Positions 1 to 12,321 of a DNA stretch of 42,839 bases are shown one piece after another. The stretch's first letter is position 1. Every line of letters begins with the position of its first letter. The notes below the pieces were generated by a model. That model had not been told where the DNA came from, made no database searches, and was given only the letters and a program-made list of their open reading frames with translations. Source of the DNA: Basidiobolus meristosporus CBS 931.73 (lineage: Eukaryota; Fungi; Basidiobolomycota); assembly GCA_002104905.1 (NCBI GenBank), contig MCFE01000712.1, forward strand, positions 1 through 42,839. Reading direction: 5' to 3'. Position numbers and translations under genes: made by a program.

Positions 1-316
1 ATTTCCACCTAAATATTCATCTAACTTAGTCACTTAGATCATCACCTTCAAATCCTAGAGAATACTGACCAAATTCCTTGTTGGGATTTACTTAGGATAT
101 TTACCCAGAACATGAGAATTCTCAAAGTTGTCCAAACAGCCCCAAACTTTGCACACATGCTCATGGGACCTCCCTTAACCTATTCTACGAATTTGTAATG
201 CCAAGACCCGGTAAAAGTATAAATACTACTTTTACATTCAATAAATCATTAAGTGAAAACCACATAGTCTACTTGTTCTCCCAATCACTTCCAATATCTC
301 CAAGACTCTTACAACA
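1..316 (+). repeat. 5' LTR of Copia copy A (about the first 16 nt lie outside the window)
   Basis: Aligns to 5122-5453, 5917-6248 and 10235-10583; ends CTCTTACAACA immediately before the PBS. Confidence 0.95.
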
Positions 317-328
317 GGTTATGAGCCC
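317..328 (+). promoter_or_regulatory. Primer-binding site GGTTATGAGCCC (tRNAiMet internal/half-molecule type)
   Basis: Directly follows the LTR. It has the same form as the yeast Ty5 and Drosophila copia PBS. Repeated at 6249-6261. Confidence 0.8.
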
Positions 329-347
329 CAAGCTGTCACTCTCTGCA

Positions 348-3300
348 ATGTCTACTACTGATATTACTGGAATTATTCCCTCTGCTGAAAAGTTGGATAG
401 ATCTAACTACCTAGTGTGGAAGGTGAAGATGAAGATGCTGCTACAAGAAAGAGGCCTTTGGGATATTTTCATGGGAGAAGAATGCCCTTCTAAAAACGTG
501 GGAGAGGAAGCCTTAAAGTACCAGAAGAAAGAACAAAGTGCCTTTAACTGCATTTGCCTTAATATCAAGGACAAATTGCTGATTCAATGCTCAAGAGCAA
601 AAATGGCAAAGAATGCCTGGAAAGCATTGGAAGACACCTACCAGTCATGTTCAACTGCCAAGAAGATGTATCTGAGACAAAAATTCTTTACTACAAAGAT
701 GCTGCCAGGAGAAGAGATGAAAAATCTAATCAACAGAATTACCCTGCTGGTAGATGAGATGGAATTTGTGGGCATACCAACTACTGATGAGGACGCAATA
801 TTTACAATCCTGAATAGCCTGATAGACAAGTTTCAGGGCCTTGTATCAGCCCTAGAGTCCAGAACTGAAGATTTGACCTTAAATTACGTATATGGAAGGC
901 TCCTGGATGAAGAATTATGAAAATCAAGCGCCAATAAGAAGGAAGAAGAAGATGCTTTAATAAGCAATGATAACCAACAAAGGAGGTACCCAAGACCCTA
1001 CAAAGGCAACAGCAACCTGTTTTGTAACTACTGCAAAAGGAAAGGACACACATCAGACTGGTGTCTCAAAAAGAAAGATAATCAGCAAAAGAAGCCTGAA
1101 TATGGAAGTGCTGCAACAACTGAAGATAGACTATGCATATCTGCACTAAATATGACCACAAACAAGGATTCTCAGGCATGGTATATTGACTCTGGAGCAT
1201 CTCAGCACTTTACACACCAAATAGAACTTTTTACCCAATATCAAGAAATTCCAATTAAGAAGGTTTTCATGGGTGACAATAGAACACTTGATGCAGTGGG
1301 AGAAGGAACTATCCATGTAAACCTAAGAAGCTGTGAAGGAAGCCATACACTGACCTTTAAAGCAGTACTCTATGTACCAGAAATAGCCAAGAACCTACTA
1401 TTTGTAAGCAAGGCCACTGCAGTAGGACTCAGTTTCAGTTTTGACAATTCAGGATGCAAGATCACTGATCAAAATGGTGCCCATATTGCTTTGGGTATCA
1501 GAGATTGGAACCTATAGAAGTTGACTTATATTCCATCATATCTGGAAGCCAATTTAAGTAACTTAAATGAAGAAACACCAATGCTTGGCACAGGATGTTT
1601 AGGCACATCAATTTTGATTATTTGCACAAAATGATCAAAGATCAACTAATTTCTGGAGTGAAAATTGATCCCCCAGCCAATTTGGAGCACTGTGACGCCT
1701 GCATATATGGGAAACAAGTCAGACAACCGTTTGAGAGCTCTGGGTTGATCAAAACTAAGAAAATATTAGATCTAATTCACTCAGATCTGTGTGGACCTAT
1801 GCAAAATTTATCCTTAGGCGGGATGAAGTATTTAATCACTTTTATTGATGATTATACAAGATACACATGGGTCTACTTCATGGAGAGAAAGGAAGAAGCT
1901 CTGTCTAAGTTCAGGGAGTTTAAAGCCATGGTGGAGAGAGAAACTGGTGAAAAAATCAAGAAAATATGCTCTGACAATGGAGGAGAATATACCTCAAAAC
2001 TCTTCATCCACTTCTGCAAAAGTCATGGGATAAAGCAAGAGACTACTGTACCATACTTCCCACAGCAAAATGGAGTAGCAGAACATGCTAAAAGATCAAT
2101 AATTGATATGGTAAGATCTATGATCCATGATCAAAAATTATCCTATGATTTTTGGGCAGTGTGGTGGTGTAGAGGTACTCCTGGGAGAAGCTACACAACT
2201 CAAGGTGTGTGAGGTGTCTGATGGGTGCAATAACCTCTGTGTCTAAACTGCTGGTGTCTTTGTCAATATGTCACTATGGTAAGAGCTCCTGCTTCTCTAG
2301 CTTCCTAGGTGCTCCAAGTGTCTCCAAAGGCCTCTGTGTGTCTTGTGCACTACCCTAAAAAGCTCCTTGATGGCAGGTCTGAGATGTACTGTTGAAGGCA
2401 GGTGCAGTGATCAACTGCTAATCAATAAGGTAGAAGTGTTACTGATAGAAGGGATGATTTATTGATGAGGGATTGCTTTCCCTTAAATACTTTTCCTGAT
2501 TGCCAAGTGATTACTAATGACAAGGTTCTAGAAGATTCTAGGTATCAGTGGAATTCTTGATGACATCACTATAAGCTAAAAATATGCCAAGAATGTCCTG
2601 GAAGGTTCTAAAAGGCACAGCACTCTCAACCAATCAGGAATCAGTAGTCTGAAACCTGTGCAACATAGAAATACCATATATGGTATTGAAATGGTAGGGA
2701 TGGTAACACAGACCTAGGTCATGTGTCACGGGTACTGACGTGGGTACTTGCCTTATATAGAAACATCTACTGATCACAAAGCTGATTAACATCTGGGATA
2801 ACTAATGCTAATAACTAATCAGGGTAAACATCATAAGGGGATAATACTGATAATATGGGCAAAGGAAGAATGGGATAATACTGATAAGATAAAATATGGA
2901 TAAGTATATCATAATGACTATATGAATAAACTTGTCTGTGGGAGGTATGTTTACCCTACCACAGCGGAATCAGTTGCCACTGCTGTATACCTTGAAAATA
3001 GGAGTTATAACAGAATACTTTGTGATTCTACTCCATTTGAAGCATGGTGTGGATACAGAACAAGTGCAGAACATCTAAGAATATTTGGGTGTACAGCATA
3101 TGCCAAAAAACTGGCCAGAAATCAGTCAAAATTTGAGCCAATAAGTGTAAAATGCATATTTTTGGGCTATTGCTATGAGAGTAAGGCATACAGACTCTAC
3201 AATGCCAAAGCAAAGAAGCTGATCAAGTCCAGGGATGTGTTGTTTGATGAAAATTCAAAATGTTCACAAAAAATGACATCAGATGATGACAAAAATTTGA

Positions 3301-5110
3301 TCCCAAGTCCACCAATTGTCAGTATTGAACCAGAGCAAAATAATGAAAAAATTTTCTCTCCAGAGGACTCTACAACCATGTTTCAGCCAGAACCAGTGCC
3401 CAGGAATATCCCAGAAGTGATCATTCCAGTATCAAATGCCCGGAGATCCAATCAGACAAGAAATAGCCCAAATTACTATATTAATGAGGGTACAAACTTA
3501 GCCTATGCCTATTCAGTCCATATTGATGAACCCCAGACTGTAAAAGAGGCCCTAAATAGCGCTCAGACAAATTTTTGGAGATCTGCAATGACTGAGGAAT
3601 ATCAGGCCCTGATGGAAAATCAAACTTGGGACTTAGTCAAATTACCAATCAACCAAAAATCAACCAAAAATCAATTGGATGCAGATGGGTCTTCAAGACA
3701 AAATACAAGGCTGATGGTACAATTGAAAGATACAAAGCAAGACTTGTAGCCAAAGGATACTCTCCAACAAAAGGACTTGACTATACTGAGACCTTTGCAC
3801 CGGTAACCAAGTTTAATGCCATCAGATTATTATTGGCTATTGCAGCCAAATATAAGTTTTTTATTCATCAAATGGATGTAAAAACTGCATTTTTGAATGG
3901 AGAACTTGATGGGGATGTGTATATGGACCAGCCTGATGGATTTGTTGACCAAGACAACCCCCATCTGGTCTGCAAGCTTAAAAAGGCACTCTATGGTCTC
4001 AAACAATCACCAAGAACCTGGAATTGCAAGATAGATTCTTATTTGGAATCTTTGAGTTTCAAAAGAAGTAATGCTGACTATAGTATATACTGTAAGCCAG
4101 ATAGAACAAATCCAGTTCTATTAGCTCTATATGTGGATGATCTTATTATAGCCACCAATAACCTAGAAACACTGGAAGAGACTAAATCCAGCCTATCTAA
4201 GGAGTTCAAGATGTCCCATCTAGGAGAACTTAGTTACTACTTAGGGATTGAGTTCTCCATAGACAGAAGTACCCAGACTATCACCCTAAGCCAATCCAAG
4301 TATATCCAAGATATAATAGAGAAGTACAAAATGGATGACTGTAAACCAGCAGCTACCCCAATGGAGACAAACCTTAACTTGGTCAAAACTCAACCAAATC
4401 AAGAGAGCTTGGTGCCATCTGAAAGCCCTGACTTTCCTTATCAATCCATGGTCTGCAGTCTAATGTATATTATGCTTGGAACACATCCAGAGATCTCATA
4501 TTCAGTGGGAGTTGTCAGCCAACATAATCAGAACTATGGATCTGATCATATTACAGCAGTTAAGCGGATTATTAGATACCTAAAAGAAACTGCTGATATC
4601 TGCTTAAGATATACTTGTAAGGATTCAGAACAGGATCTTGTGGGATACTCTGATGCTGATTAGGGACATAATTTGGAAGACAGAAGATCCACCACAGGAT
4701 ACACCTTTCTTTACTGTAAAGGTGCAATATCATGGAATTCATGAAAGTAACCAACCATAGCACTTTCCACCACAGAGGCAGAGTATATGGCAGCTTGTGA
4801 AGCTACAAAAGAAGCAATGTGGTTGAGAAAGCTGTTTACAGATTTAGGCCTATGTCAAAAAACGCCTATTACTTTATTTCAAGATAATCAAGGATGTATA
4901 CAATTAGGTAGAAATCCAACTTTTCATGCTAGAACCAAGCACATAGATATTAGACATCATTTCATATGTGAAGCTATAGAGAATAACTAAGTCAGCTTAG
5001 TTTACTGTCCTACAGATGAAATGATTGCAGATATATTTACCAAACCATTAGCTAGAGACAAGTTTGAATATCTTAGGTCAAAATTAGGACTAGTCAGTAT
5101 GAGCATTTAG
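348..5110 (+). pseudogene. Copia gag-pol polyprotein, disrupted (copy A)
   Basis: Stops at 918 (TGA), 1515, 4661 and 4988; frameshifts near 1585 and 3650 (11-nt tandem duplication); solo-LTR insertion at 2160-2963. Confidence 0.93.
2160..2963. mobile_element. Solo LTR of an unrelated family (804 bp) inserted in the integrase of copy A
   Basis: Absent from copy B at the aligned site. Ends are TGTGGT...ACCACA. Flanks GCAG (2156-2159) and GCGG (2964-2967) form a 4-bp TSD with one CpG-type change. Confidence 0.85.
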
Positions 5111-5121
5111 CTAAGTGGGAG

Positions 5122-5453
5122 TGTTGTAAAAATTTGTATTTCCACCTAAATATTCACCTAACTTAGTCACTTAGATCATCACCTTCAAATCCTAGAGAAT
5201 ACTGACCAAATTCCTTGTTGGGATTTACTTAGAATATTTACCCAGAACATGAGAATTCTCAAAGTTGTCCAAAGAGCCCCAAACTTTGCACACATGCTCA
5301 TGGGACCTCCCTTAACCTATTCTATGTGTTTGTAATGCCAAGACCAGGTAAAAGTATAAATACTACTTTTTCATTCAATAAATCATTAAGTGAAAACCAC
5401 ATAGTCTACTTGTCCTGCCAATCACTTCCAATATCTCCAAGACTCTTACAGCA
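5122..5453 (+). repeat. 3' LTR of Copia copy A
   Basis: Follows TAAGTGGGAG purine tract; TG...CA ends; 332 bp. Confidence 0.95.
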
Positions 5454-5916
5454 CAAAGGGCCTCAAGTACCTCCTTTGGCTAATATCCAGATGCATTGAG
5501 GTATTTTCTTCTTCCTTCTTGTAAGGGCATGATTTTCTCAATTTTTAATCCAGGAGCCTTCCATTTATGTTACTTCAAGTCAGATCTGCAGGTCCAACTC
5601 TGGGGCCAATTCAAGACCCTGAAATCCATCAGGCAGGCTATTCAGGGGTCAACCATTGCAACTTCTTTGGTGGTTTACTCTGGCACTGATTCCATCTCAT
5701 CATTCAGCAGTTATGTCAAAACAAGTTCTTCCCATGGTATAGGCACCTGAGGGTTATAGGATTGGCACCAGTGATAGGCATTTGTGAGGGGTTGCCCATT
5801 TACTGCATGGAGTGCAACACTGGAGAGCAGCATAGAATGAGACTTGCATCACAGTTAAGTGGGCATGGTGGCCTGTGGAGCAGCAAAATATGGACAACAG
5901 CCTGATATGCTTCTTG
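5454..5916 (-). repeat. Spacer duplicated at 10846-11309; contains an antisense relic of an older related Copia gag
   Basis: Direct alignment of both segments (caaagggc...gcttcttg). The minus strand matches the gag stretch at about 760-990 (tttcagggccttgta...ggctcctggatga...aagaaggaagaagaa). Confidence 0.85.
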
Positions 5917-8900
5917 TGTTGTAAAAGTTTGTATTTCCACCTAAATATTCACCTAACTTAGTCACTTAGATCATCACCTTCAAATCCTAGAGAATACTGA
6001 CCAAATTCCTTGTTGGGATTTTCTTAGAATATTTACCCAGAACATGAAAATTCTCAAAGTTGTCCAAATAGCCCCAAACTTTGCACACATGTTCTTGGGA
6101 CCCTCCTTAACCTATTCTACGTGTTTGTAATGCCAAGACCGTGTTAAAGTATAAATACTACTTTTATATTCAATAAATCATTAAGTGAAAACCATATAAT
6201 CTACTTGTTCTCCAAATCACTTCCAATATCTCCAAGACTCTTACATCAGGTTATGAGCCCTGAGCTGTCACTCTCTGCAATGTCTACTACTGCTATTACT
6301 GGAATTTTTCCCTCTGCTGTAAAGTTGGATGGATCTAACTACCAAGTGTGGAAGGTGAAGATGAAGATGCTGCTACAAGAAAGAGGCCTTTGGGATATTG
6401 TCATGGGAGAAGAATGCCCTTCTAAAAGCGTGGGAGAGGAAGCCTTAAAGTACCAGAAGAAAGAACAAAGTGCCTTTAACTGCATTTGCCTTAATGTCAA
6501 GGACAAATTGCTGATTCAATGCTCAAGAGCAAAAACGGCAAAGAATGCCTGGAAAGCATTGGAAGACACCTACCAGTCATGTTCAGCTGCCAAGAAGATG
6601 TATCTGAGACAAAAAATTCTTTACTACAAAGATGCTGCCAGGAGAAGAAATGAAAAATCTAATTAACAGAATTACCCTGCAGGTAGATGAGATGGAATCT
6701 GTGGGTGTGCCAACTACTAATGAGGATGTGATAGTTACCATCCTGAATAGCCTGACAGACAAGTTTCAGGGCCTTGTATCAGCCCTAGAGTCCAGAACTG
6801 AAGATTTGACCTTAAATTACGTATATGGAAGGCTCCTGGATGAAGAATTATGAAAATCAAGCGCCAATAAGAAGGAAGAAGAAAATGCTTTAATAAGCAA
6901 TGATAACCAACAAAGGAGGTACCCAAGACCCTACAAAGACAACAGCAACCTGTTTTGTAACTACTGCAAAAGGAAAGGACACACATCAGACTGGTGTCTC
7001 AAAAAGAAAGATAATCAGCAAAAGAAGCCTGAATATGGAAATGCTGCAACAACTGAAGATAGACTATTCATATCTGCACTGAATATGACCACAAACAAGG
7101 ATTCTCAGACGTGGTATATTGACTCTGGAGCTTCTCAACACTTTACACACCAAAAAGAACTTTTTACCCAATATCAAGAAATTCCAATTAAGAAGGTTTT
7201 CATGGGTGACAATAGAACACTTGATGCAGTGGGAGAAGGAACTATCCAAGTAAACCTTAGAAGCAGTGAAGGAAGCCATATACTGACCTTTAAAGAAGTA
7301 CTCTATGTGCCAGAAATAGCCAAGAAACTACTCTCTGTAAGCAAGGCCACAGCAGAAGGACTCAGCTTCAGTTTTGACAATTCTGGATGCAGGATCACTG
7401 ATCAAAATGGTGCCCATATTGCTTTGGGCATCAGAGACCAGAATCTATACAAGTTGACTTATATTCCATCATATCTGGAAGCCAATTTAAGTAACTTAAA
7501 TGAAGAAACACCAATGCTTTGGTACAGGAGATTTGGACACATCAATTTTGATTATTTGCACAAAATGATCAAAGATCAGCTAATTTCTGGAGTGAAAATT
7601 GATCCCCCAGCTAATTTGGAGCACTGTGAAGCCTGCATATATGGGAAACAAGCCAGACAACTATTCAAGAGCTCTGGGTTAATCAAAACTAAGAAAATAT
7701 TAGATCTAATTCACTCAGATCTGTGTGGACCTATGCAAAATTTATCCTTAGGCGGGATGAAGTATTTAATCACTTTTATTGATGATTATACAAGATACAC
7801 ATGGGTCTACCTCATGGAGAGAAAGGAAGAAGCTCTGTTCAAGCTCAGGGAGTTTAAAGCCATGGTGGAGAGAGAAACTGGTGAAAACATCAAGAAAATA
7901 CGCTCTGACAATGGTGGAGAATATACCTCAAAACTCTTCATCCACTTCTGCAAAATTCATGGGATAAAGCAAGAGACTACTGTACCATACTCCCCACAGC
8001 AAAATGGAGTAGCAGAACAAGCTAACAGATCAATAATTGATATGGCAAGATCTATGATCCATGATCCAAAATTATCCTATGATTTTTGGGTGGAATCAGT
8101 TGCCACTGCTGTATACCTTAAAAATAGGAGTTATAACAGAATACTTCATGATTCTACTCCATTTGAAGCATGGTATGGATACAGACCAAGTGCAGAACAT
8201 CTAAGAGTATTTGGGTGTACAGCATATGCCAAAAAACTGGCCGGAAATCAGTCAAAATTTGAGCCAAAAGTGTAAAATGCATATTTTTGGGCTACTGTAA
8301 TGAGAGTAAGGCATACAGACTCTACAATACCAAAGCAAAGAAGCTGATCAAGTCCAGGGATTTGTTGTTTGATGAAAATTCAAAAATTTCACAAAAAATG
8401 ACATCAGATGATGACAAAAATTTGATCTCAAGTCCACCAATTGCCAGGATTGAATCAGAGCAAAACAATGAAAGGTTTTTCACTCCAGAGGACTCTACAA
8501 CCATGGTTCAGCCAGAACCAGTGCCCAGGAATATCCCAGAAGTGATCATTCCAGTATCAAATGCCCGGAGATCCAATCAGACAAGAAATAGCCCAAATTA
8601 CTATATTAATGAGGGCACAAACTTAGCCTATGCCTATTCAGTCCATATTGATGAACCCAGACTGTAAAAGAGGCCCTAAATAGCCTTCAGACAAAGTTTT
8701 GGAGATCTGCAATGACTGAGGAATATCAGGCCCTGATGGAAAATCAAACTTGGGACTTAGTCAAATTACCAATCAACCAAAAATCAATTGGATGCAGATG
8801 GGTCTTTAAGAGAAAATACAAGGCTGATGGTACAATTGAAAGATACAAGGCAAGACTTGTAGCCAAAGGATACTCTCAGACAAAAGAACTTGACTATACT

Positions 8901-10583
8901 GAGACCTTTGCACTGGTAACCAAGTTTAATTCCATCAGATTAATATTGGCTATTGCAGCCAAATATAAGTTTTTTATTCATCAAATGGATGTAAAAGCTG
9001 CATTTTTGAATGGAGAACTTGATGAGGATGTGTATATGGACCAGCCTGATGGGTTTGGTGACCAAGATAACCCCCATTTGGTCTGCAAGCTTAAAAAGTC
9101 ACTATATGGTCTCAAACAATCACTGAGAGCCTGGAATTGCAAGATAGATTCTTATTTGGAACCTTTGAGTTTCAAAAGGAGTAATGCTGACTATAGTATA
9201 TATTATAAGCCAGATAGAGCAAATCCAGTTCTATTAGCTCTATATGTGGATGATCTTATTATAGCCGCCAATAACCTAGAAACATTGAAAGAGACTAAAT
9301 CCAGCCTATCTAAGGAGTTCAAGATGTCCAATCTAGGAGAACATAGTTACTACTTAGGGATTAAGTTCTCCATAGACAGAAGTACCCAGACCATTACCTT
9401 AAGCCAATCCAAGTATATTCAAGATATACTAAAGAAGTACAAAATGGAAGACTGTAAACCGGCAGCTACCCCAATGGAGACAAACCTTAACTTGGTCAAA
9501 ACTCAACCAAATCAAAAGAGCTTGGTGCCATCTGAAAGCCCTGACTTTACTTATCAATCTATGGTCAGCTGTCTGATGTATATCATGCTTGGAACACATC
9601 CAGATATCTCATATCCAGTGGGAGTTGTCAGCCAACATAATCAGAATTATGGATCTGATCATATTGCAGCAGTTAAGCAGATTATTAGATACCTAAAAGG
9701 AACTGCTGATATCTGCTTAAGATATACTTATAAGGATTCAGAACAGGATCTTGTGGGATACTCTGATGCTGATTGGGGATGAAATTTAGAAGACAGAAGA
9801 TCCACCACAGGATACACCTTTCTTTACTGTAAAGGTGCAATATCATGGAATTCAAGAAAGCAACCAACCGTAGCACTTTCCACCACAGAGGCAGAGTATA
9901 TGGCAGCCTGTGAAGCTACAAAAGAAGCAATGTGGTTAAGAAAGCTGTTTGCAGATTTAGGCCTATGTCAAAAAACACCTATTACTTTATTTCAAGATAA
10001 TCAAGGATGTATACAATTAGGTAGAAATCCAACTTTTCATGCTAGAACCAAGCACATAGATATTAGACATCATTTCATATGTGAAGCTATAGAGAATAAC
10101 TAAGTCAGCTTAGTTTACTGTCCTACAGATGAAATGATTGCAGACATATTTACCAAACCATTAGCTAGAGACAAGTTTGAATATCTTAGGTCAAAATTAG
10201 GACTAGTCAGTATGAACATTTAGCTGAGTGGGAGTGTTGTAAAAATTCGTATTTCCACCTAAATATTCACCTAACTTAGTCACTTAGATCATTACCTTCA
10301 AATCCTAGAGACTACTGACCAAATTCCTTGTTGGGATTTACTTGGTATATTTTCACCAAAATACCAGTTACCCAGAACATGAAAATTCTCAAAGTTGTCC
10401 AAACAGCCCCAAACTTTGCATACATGTTCTTGGGACCTTTCTTAACCTATTCTACATGTTTGTAATGCCAAAACCAGGTAAAAGTATAAATACTACCTTT
10501 GCATTCAATAAATCATTAAGTGAAAACCACATAATCTACTTGTTCTCCCAATCACTTCCAATATATCCAAGACTCTTACAACA
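5917..10583 (+). mobile_element. Ty1/Copia LTR retrotransposon copy B, decayed
   Basis: LTRs at 5917-6248 (332 bp) and 10235-10583 (349 bp, 17-nt insertion), PBS at 6249; same domain order as copy A. Confidence 0.97.
6280..10223 (+). pseudogene. Copia gag-pol polyprotein, disrupted (copy B)
   Basis: ORF pieces 6205-6666, 6632-6853, 7085-8275, 8287-8667, 8712-9782 and 9900-10103, joined by 1-nt indels and stops at 6851, 9780 and 10101. Confidence 0.93.
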
Positions 10584-10791
10584 ACTTGGACCCAACTATC
10601 TTACATTGAATTCCTCAAAGGTGTCCAAACAGCCCCATACTTTGCACACATGTTCTTGGGACCTTCCTAGGCATATTGTACATGTCTTGATTGCCAAGAC
10701 CACATAAAAGCATAAGTATTGCTATTATACTCAATAAATCAATAAGTAAAACTGCATAATCACTTCCAATACCTCCAAGACTCTTACAACA
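10584..10791 (+). repeat. Divergent partial Copia LTR (3' portion)
   Basis: Similar to the LTR core (gtccaaacagcccc..., aatcacttccaat) and ends CTCTTACAACA at 10791. Confidence 0.75.
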
Positions 10792-10845
10792 CTGGCAAGT
10801 GTCCTCTCCTTCTGCAGTGGCTACTAGCAGGCTTGGTTCTCCATT

Positions 10846-11309
10846 CAAAGGGCTTCAAGTTCCTCCTTTGGTAAATATCCAGATGCATTGAGGTATCTTC
10901 TTCTTCCTTCTTGTCAGGGCTTGATTTTCTCGATTTTTCATCCAGGAGCCTTCAGTTTATGTTACTTAAGGTCAGATCTGCAGTTCTGACTTTAGGGCCA
11001 ATACAAGGCCCTGAAATCCATCTGGCAGGTTATTCATGGGGGCAACCATTGCAACTTCTTTGGTGGTTTACTCTGGCACTGATTCCATCTCATCATTCAG
11101 CAGTTATGTCAAAACAAGTTCTTCCCATGGTATAGGCACCTGAAGGTTATGGGATTGGCACCAGTGATAGGCATTTGTGAGGGGTTGCCCATTTACTGCA
11201 TGGAGTGCAACACTGGAGAGCAGCATAGAATGAGACTTGCATCACAGTTAAGTGGGCATGGTGGCCTGTGGAGCAGCAAAATATGGACAACAGCCAGAAA
11301 TGCTTCTTG
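10846..11309 (-). repeat. Second copy of the 5454-5916 spacer (antisense Copia gag relic)
   Basis: Aligns end to end with 5454-5916. Confidence 0.85.
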
Positions 11310-12321
11310 AAGGTTTGGGACTGGACAGTACTCACCAACCACCATCCCCAATGAAATCTTAGATCAAGGTGATCTTTGCCAGGTATAGGCTGCATATTCC
11401 TGGATTTGTGTGGGATGTGAAACTATGCAAAGGAAGGGACTGTTGAGGGGGAAGGTGGGAAGGTGGATGCCACTTTGGCCACACACTACCCAAATAGAGA
11501 GGTGTGGTAGGCATTGGAAGTGGCAGAGCCAGAGGAGGCAATCAGTAGGTGATGCTGCTGAGTTGTGTGGACTTTGCAAGGGGTGTGATTTCGGAGAGGA
11601 AGGGAGGGAGGGAGGGAGGGATCCGCCACACCAGAGGACAGCTTGATTTGCCTTTCATCCAAGTGAGAATCCACTCCCCCCCCCTCGTCACCATTACCAC
11701 CGCAGAATATACGTGGTACCCTTCCTGGGAGATGGGGGGAGGGGGTATCTTGATTGCTGCTGCATGCTGAGACCCAGGCTGTCGTGTGCAACCAAGGATC
11801 CGTGGGCAGATCCCAAATAAGCTTTAAGGACGGGGGATCGATGGATCCCCCCCCCTCCCTCCCGCTCCGATCCCCTCCGACCAGGGAAATCCAACGCGAG
11901 TAGCACCTAGAACCAACCGTGCTGGTCGGCGAGGATTCGAGTAGAATACCGAGGCAAGGGCGAGGCATCCCTCCGATGTGGGTGGGAACGCTTATGCATG
12001 AAGGGAACACGTGGATGTAGGAGCAACCGTGGAATCATTCATTTATTTTGGGAAGTCGGACATTGGGCAAACCGTCCCGGGACCCAGCGAAATCAGGATT
12101 CAAGATCTGGATGGGGGATGTCGGAAGGGGTGTAGGTGAAGGTGGGAGTGAGGGGGAACGGGAAGGGGAAGGGGAAGGAAAAGGTGTGGGTGAAGGTGAA
12201 GGTGAAGGTGAGGGGGTATTACACTCCGACTACTAGACAACCAGAAATCCATCGATCAAGGACACCAAGGTCCGGGTGGTATAGCTACTATGGGATGGTG
12301 GGTCACGAGACACGGAGGAAT

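Larger units (their letters stand above)
1..5453 (+). mobile_element. Ty1/Copia LTR retrotransposon copy A, decayed; 5' LTR cut by the window start
   Basis: LTRs at 1-316 and 5122-5453 (332 bp, TGTTGTAA...TTACA[A/G]CA ends), PBS at 317, purine tract just before 5122. Domain order is gag (UBN2-like, CCHC knuckle CNYCKRKGHTSDWC), protease (WYIDSGAS), integrase (HSDLCGP, SDNGGEY), RT (QMDVKTAFLNG, LYVDD), RNase H (GYSDAD, TKHIDIR). Confidence 0.97.
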
